The position numbers and the translations under genes are program-made. A stretch of 44,461 nt of DNA, taken from assembly GCA_035620935.1 (NCBI GenBank), contig DASPFU010000035.1, forward strand, positions 1-44,461. Direction: 5' to 3'. The notes under the pieces are model-generated. The model saw only the letters and a list, made by a program, of their open reading frames with translations. It was not told where the DNA came from and made no database searches. This document shows positions 41,608 through 44,461 of this stretch, piece by piece; position 1 is the first letter of the stretch; each line of letters begins with the position of its first letter. The stretch comes from Gemmatimonadales bacterium (GTDB taxonomy: Bacteria; Gemmatimonadota; Gemmatimonadetes; Gemmatimonadales; GWC2-71-9).

Positions 41608-43421
41608 TCGAGTGCGCCCAGTGCCACGCGCAGCTGCCTGACGGCAGCCGGTACTGTCACTCCTGCGGCGCGGACCAGACCGGCGGCGGCGCGCTGGCGG
41701 CGCCCGCCAGCGCGATCGACGCGCTGCAGCAGCAGTTGCAGCGGGCGGTCCACGGCAAGTACGAGCTGCAGAAGATGCTGGGCCGGGGCGGGATGGGCGC
41801 CGTGTTCCTCGCGAAGGACCTCGCGCTCGACCGCGACGTCGCGATCAAGGTCCTGCCGCCCGAGGTCTCGCAGGACACGAAGCTCGTCCAGCGGTTCCAT
41901 GCGGAGGCGAGGACCGCCGCGCGACTCGACCACACCAACATCATCCCCATCTACCGCGTCGAGAGCGAGGGCGGCCTCAACTACTTCGTGATGAAGTACG
42001 TCTCCGGCACGTCGCTCGAGGACGTCGTCGAAGAGAAGAAGGTCCTGCCCATCGACTACGTCCAGCGCGTGTTGTGGGAGGCCGCGTGCGCCCTGGGGCA
42101 CGCACACCAGCGCGGCGTGGTGCACCGCGACGTGAAGCCGGCGAACATCATGTTCGACCATGACGGTCGTGTGATGCTCACCGACTTCGGCATCTCGAAG
42201 GCACTGCAGGCCGCCAGCGGTTTCACCGGCACCGGCATGATCATCGGCACGCCCCACTACATGGCGCCGGAGCAGGCCAAGGGCCAGACCGTGGACGGCC
42301 GCGCCGACCAGTATTCGCTGGGCGTGGTGGGCTACCGACTGATCACGGGACAGCTGCCGTTCAGCGGCGATTCCGTGCACACCATCCTCTACAAGCACAT
42401 CTTCGAGGACCCGCCCACCGCGCGCGACGTCCGCCGCGAGGTCCCGGAGTTCCTGGCGGCCGCCGTGCACCGCGCGATGGCCAAGGACCCGGCGCAGCGC
42501 TTCGCCACCATTGAGGAGTTCGCGACCGCCGTGTGGCCGGAGCAGCCGGTGACCGCGGGGCGGAGCGGGCCGATCACGCTGCGGCCCCGCCCCAATCCCG
42601 CGCTCTCGGCGGAGCTGCCGACCGAGCCGTTCGCGTCCCCCGCACCCCATGCGCCGCCCGTCACTCCCGTTCCCGCGGGCGCACGACGTCCGGCGCCGCG
42701 CGTCGAGCGGCCGAGGGAGCAGCCGAAGCGGTCCAGCGGCGGGTTGTTCGCCCTCCTCGTCGTCGTCCTGCTGGGCGGCGCGGCCGGGGGGTACTGGTAC
42801 CTGCAACAGGGGACGGGGGACCGGGGACGGGGGACGGGTGCGGTGGCGCCGACGCCGGTGGTGCAGGCGCCCGCGCCGCCCGCGGCCTCCGTCGTGGCCG
42901 ACGTCCGGGTCACGCCCAGCACCGCGCAGCTCCGGGTGGGGGGCACGACGGTCCTCCAGGCCCAGGCAGTGGACGCGCAGGGGCAGGCGGTCCCCGGGAC
43001 GGTGCTGACGTGGTCCTCGAGCGCGCCGCAGATCGCCCGCGTCGACTCGCTGGGCCGCGTGACGGCGGTGGCCCCGGGGCTGGCCATGATCGAGGCGCTC
43101 GCCGGCTCCGCGCGCGGGCAGGCCGCGGTCAGCGTCGCGAGCCCCGCGGCGCCCACGGTGCAGGCCCCGGTGCGCCCGCCCGAGACGGCGGCCCCCGCGG
43201 CCGAGCAGTGGGGCTACATCTCGATCAACGCGACGCCGGCGGCGACCGTGTTCATCAACGGGGTAGAGGCGGGGGAGACCCCGCTCGGCAACTACCGCGT
43301 CCGTCCCGGCCGCGTGACCATCCGTCTCGAGGCCCCCGGCTTTCGCACCGTCAGTGAGCAGGTCGTCGTCGAGGCCGGTGCGACCGTGCGCCGGACGCAC
43401 TCACTCCTTCCGGAAGGATGA
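41592..43421 (+). CDS. Hanks-type Ser/Thr protein kinase with an N-terminal zinc ribbon, a TM helix, and extracellular Big_2 and PEGA-like domains
   Basis: The kinase motifs are 'LGRGGMGAVF', 'AIKVL', 'HRDVKPANIM', 'DFGISK' and 'APE'. The TM helix is 'LFALLVVVLLGGAAGGYWYL'. The Big_2 domain is 'LTWSSSAPQIARVDSLGRVTAVAPG'. The PEGA-like domain is 'GYISINATPAATVFINGVEAGETP...LEAPGF'. The 5' end is uncertain: the frame is open from 41577 and the first canonical start is TTG 41736. Confidence 0.85.
   Translation: MTAPLVECAQCHAQLPDGSRYCHSCGADQTGGGALAAPASAIDALQQQLQRAVHGKYELQKMLGRGGMGAVFLAKDLALDRDVAIKVLPPEVSQDTKLVQRFHAEARTAARLDHTNIIPIYRVESEGGLNYFVMKYVSGTSLEDVVEEKKVLPIDYVQRVLWEAACALGHAHQRGVVHRDVKPANIMFDHDGRVMLTDFGISKALQAASGFTGTGMIIGTPHYMAPEQAKGQTVDGRADQYSLGVVGYRLITGQLPFSGDSVHTILYKHIFEDPPTARDVRREVPEFLAAAVHRAMAKDPAQRFATIEEFATAVWPEQPVTAGRSGPITLRPRPNPALSAELPTEPFASPAPHAPPVTPVPAGARRPAPRVERPREQPKRSSGGLFALLVVVLLGGAAGGYWYLQQGTGDRGRGTGAVAPTPVVQAPAPPAASVVADVRVTPSTAQLRVGGTTVLQAQAVDAQGQAVPGTVLTWSSSAPQIARVDSLGRVTAVAPGLAMIEALAGSARGQAAVSVASPAAPTVQAPVRPPETAAPAAEQWGYISINATPAATVFINGVEAGETPLGNYRVRPGRVTIRLEAPGFRTVSEQVVVEAGATVRRTHSLLPEG
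42809..42840 (+). repeat. Tandem heptamers GGGGACG GGGGACC GGGGACG GGGGACG inside the kinase CDS
   Basis: Read directly. The tract encodes 'GTGDRGRGTG' just after the TM helix, and its unit resembles the 39164-39240 hairpin unit. Confidence 0.7.
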
Positions 43422-44455
43422 GCCGCATGCGGATCACCACCCTGCTCGCCAGCGTGGCGCTGCTCGTGCCACGGGCGGCGGTGGCGCAAGCAGCCCCGGC
43501 GGCCGTGCAGAACCTGAATCTGCGCCGTGCGATCCAGGCATACGGCAGCGCGGACTTCACGCAGACGCTGGCGTTCACGCGCCAGGCCATGCGCGAGCGC
43601 CTCACCGCTCCGGAGCGGGCACGGGCCTACGAGCTGCTCGGCTTCGTGTTCGGCGCCACGAACCAGCCCGACTCGTGCATCGCCGCGTTCCGGGAGATGA
43701 TCCTGCTCGACCCGGACCGCGAGCTGGGGCGCGTCTCGGGCCGCATCAACGGTTATTTCCAGGCGGCGCTGAGCCAGGTGCTGGTGGTGCGCCAGCCACA
43801 GGTGGATTCGACCGAGTTCGTGGCCGGCCAGGGGTTCGTGCCGCTCCGTTATGTCGTGACGTCGTCCGCCCGGGTGCGGACCGTCGCGATCAGCGGCGAG
43901 ACGACCGTCCTGATCGATTCGAGCGTGACGAGCGGCCAGGTGAACCTGCGCTGGCCCGCGCAGCTCCCCGACGGCCGACCGGTGCCGCCGGGCGACTACA
44001 CCGTGCAGATCGAGGCCCGCGGAGCGGGCCAGAGCTCCTTCTCGGCCGCGCGGCGCATCCGCCTCGCGCACGGCCGCGTGGACACCCTGCCGCATCTCAC
44101 GGCCTTGCCGGGGTACGACTCCCTGCCGGCGACGGAGATCCCGCCCAAGAACTGGCGGCCGCTGGGCCTCGCGTTCCTCTACACGGGGGCGACCGCCGCG
44201 GCGGCCCTGGCCGTGGGCGGCGCGCTCGACGTGGAATCGGCCCCCCTGGTCGCCGTCGGCGTCGGCACACTGCTGACGGGCTTCGTCGCCAGCCTGACCC
44301 GCCCCGCACCGCAGCCGGCCGCCGCCAACCTCCTGTACAACCAGCTGCTGCGCGAGCAGCTCGGCCGGCGCAACGCCGAGATCGCGCGCGAGAACGCCGC
44401 CCGCCGGCAGGCCGTGCGGATCACCGTCACGCCGCTCGCGGCGGGTGCCCGGTGA
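43418..44455 (+). CDS. Secreted/membrane-anchored protein with a TPR-like N-terminal region and an FlgD-Ig-like segment
   Basis: The ATG overlaps the kinase stop (ATGA). The signal peptide is 'MRITTLLASVALLVPRAAVAQA'. 'GQVNLRWPAQLPDGRPVPPGDYTVQIEA' is FlgD-Ig-like. There are two C-terminal hydrophobic helices. Confidence 0.6.
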   Translation: MSRMRITTLLASVALLVPRAAVAQAAPAAVQNLNLRRAIQAYGSADFTQTLAFTRQAMRERLTAPERARAYELLGFVFGATNQPDSCIAAFREMILLDPDRELGRVSGRINGYFQAALSQVLVVRQPQVDSTEFVAGQGFVPLRYVVTSSARVRTVAISGETTVLIDSSVTSGQVNLRWPAQLPDGRPVPPGDYTVQIEARGAGQSSFSAARRIRLAHGRVDTLPHLTALPGYDSLPATEIPPKNWRPLGLAFLYTGATAAAALAVGGALDVESAPLVAVGVGTLLTGFVASLTRPAPQPAAANLLYNQLLREQLGRRNAEIARENAARRQAVRITVTPLAAGAR

Positions 44456-44461
44456 GGCGCG

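Noticed and set aside
41736-41738. TTG 41736 as the kinase start, as in the ORF track
   Set aside because: I have not excluded this start, but I consider it less likely. It has no SD, and the 48 upstream in-frame codons have gene-like codon bias and encode a complete zinc ribbon.
41604-43400. 598-aa minus-strand ORF
   Set aside because: It is entirely antisense to the Ser/Thr kinase, which has all the Hanks motifs. It is a shadow ORF.

Overview
This is a very GC-rich bacterial chromosomal segment; third codon positions are almost uniformly G/C. The domain architectures (Tat-exported TldD/PmbA pair, M14 peptidase, Big_2/PEGA Ser/Thr kinase) suggest a Gemmatimonadota- or Acidobacteria-like soil bacterium, but that is inference only. 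I can support 38 protein-coding genes. By eye I found no rRNA, tRNA, CRISPR array, transposase or integrase. In order, the content is: the 3' end of a PBP1A gene; an amidohydrolase; argR-argG-argH with a clear ARG-box-like operator; an HNH gene overlapping a PCYCGC-motif gene; an envelope two-component module (histidine kinase, sigma54 response regulator, Omp85-like barrel, DUF4390-like protein); YjbQ; a Phd/VapC pair with promoter and operator; a 1017-aa SARP-P-loop-transmembrane regulator; a translationally coupled acyl-CoA ligase / NYN-LOTUS / Mpg trio; a small OMP; a tightly packed fdhA-tdh-kbl-M14 cluster; TldD/PmbA; a 55-aa ORF missing from the track; an unknown gene coupled to a CDF exporter; rlmI; thiE; rho-ruvX-mltG; an M50 protease; an orphan 93-aa ORF; and a surface-signalling cluster (lipoprotein, zinc-ribbon Ser/Thr kinase, TPR-like protein). 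The most unusual observations are these. (1) Elements built from tandem heptanucleotides recur at six loci, and three of them are mirrored into long hairpins at gene boundaries. This resembles cyanobacterial STRR repeats but in a high-GC genome. A separate 26-nt REP-like element (GTTCCCAGACGCCAAG...) occurs at two loci. (2) The SARP/BTAD-ATPase-TM fusion has an unassignable periplasmic domain. (3) The NYN-LOTUS protein has a roughly 270-aa Arg/Gly/Pro/Glu tail and overlaps both neighbouring genes at its start and stop. (4) The Ser/Thr kinase has an in-frame zinc-ribbon N-terminus with no canonical start codon, but a perfect AGGAGG lies 5 nt before an in-frame ATC. (5) Four genes share a '-10 box, 6-7 nt, ATG, no SD' geometry, which suggests leaderless mRNAs. 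All family assignments come from motif recognition by eye; no searches were run.
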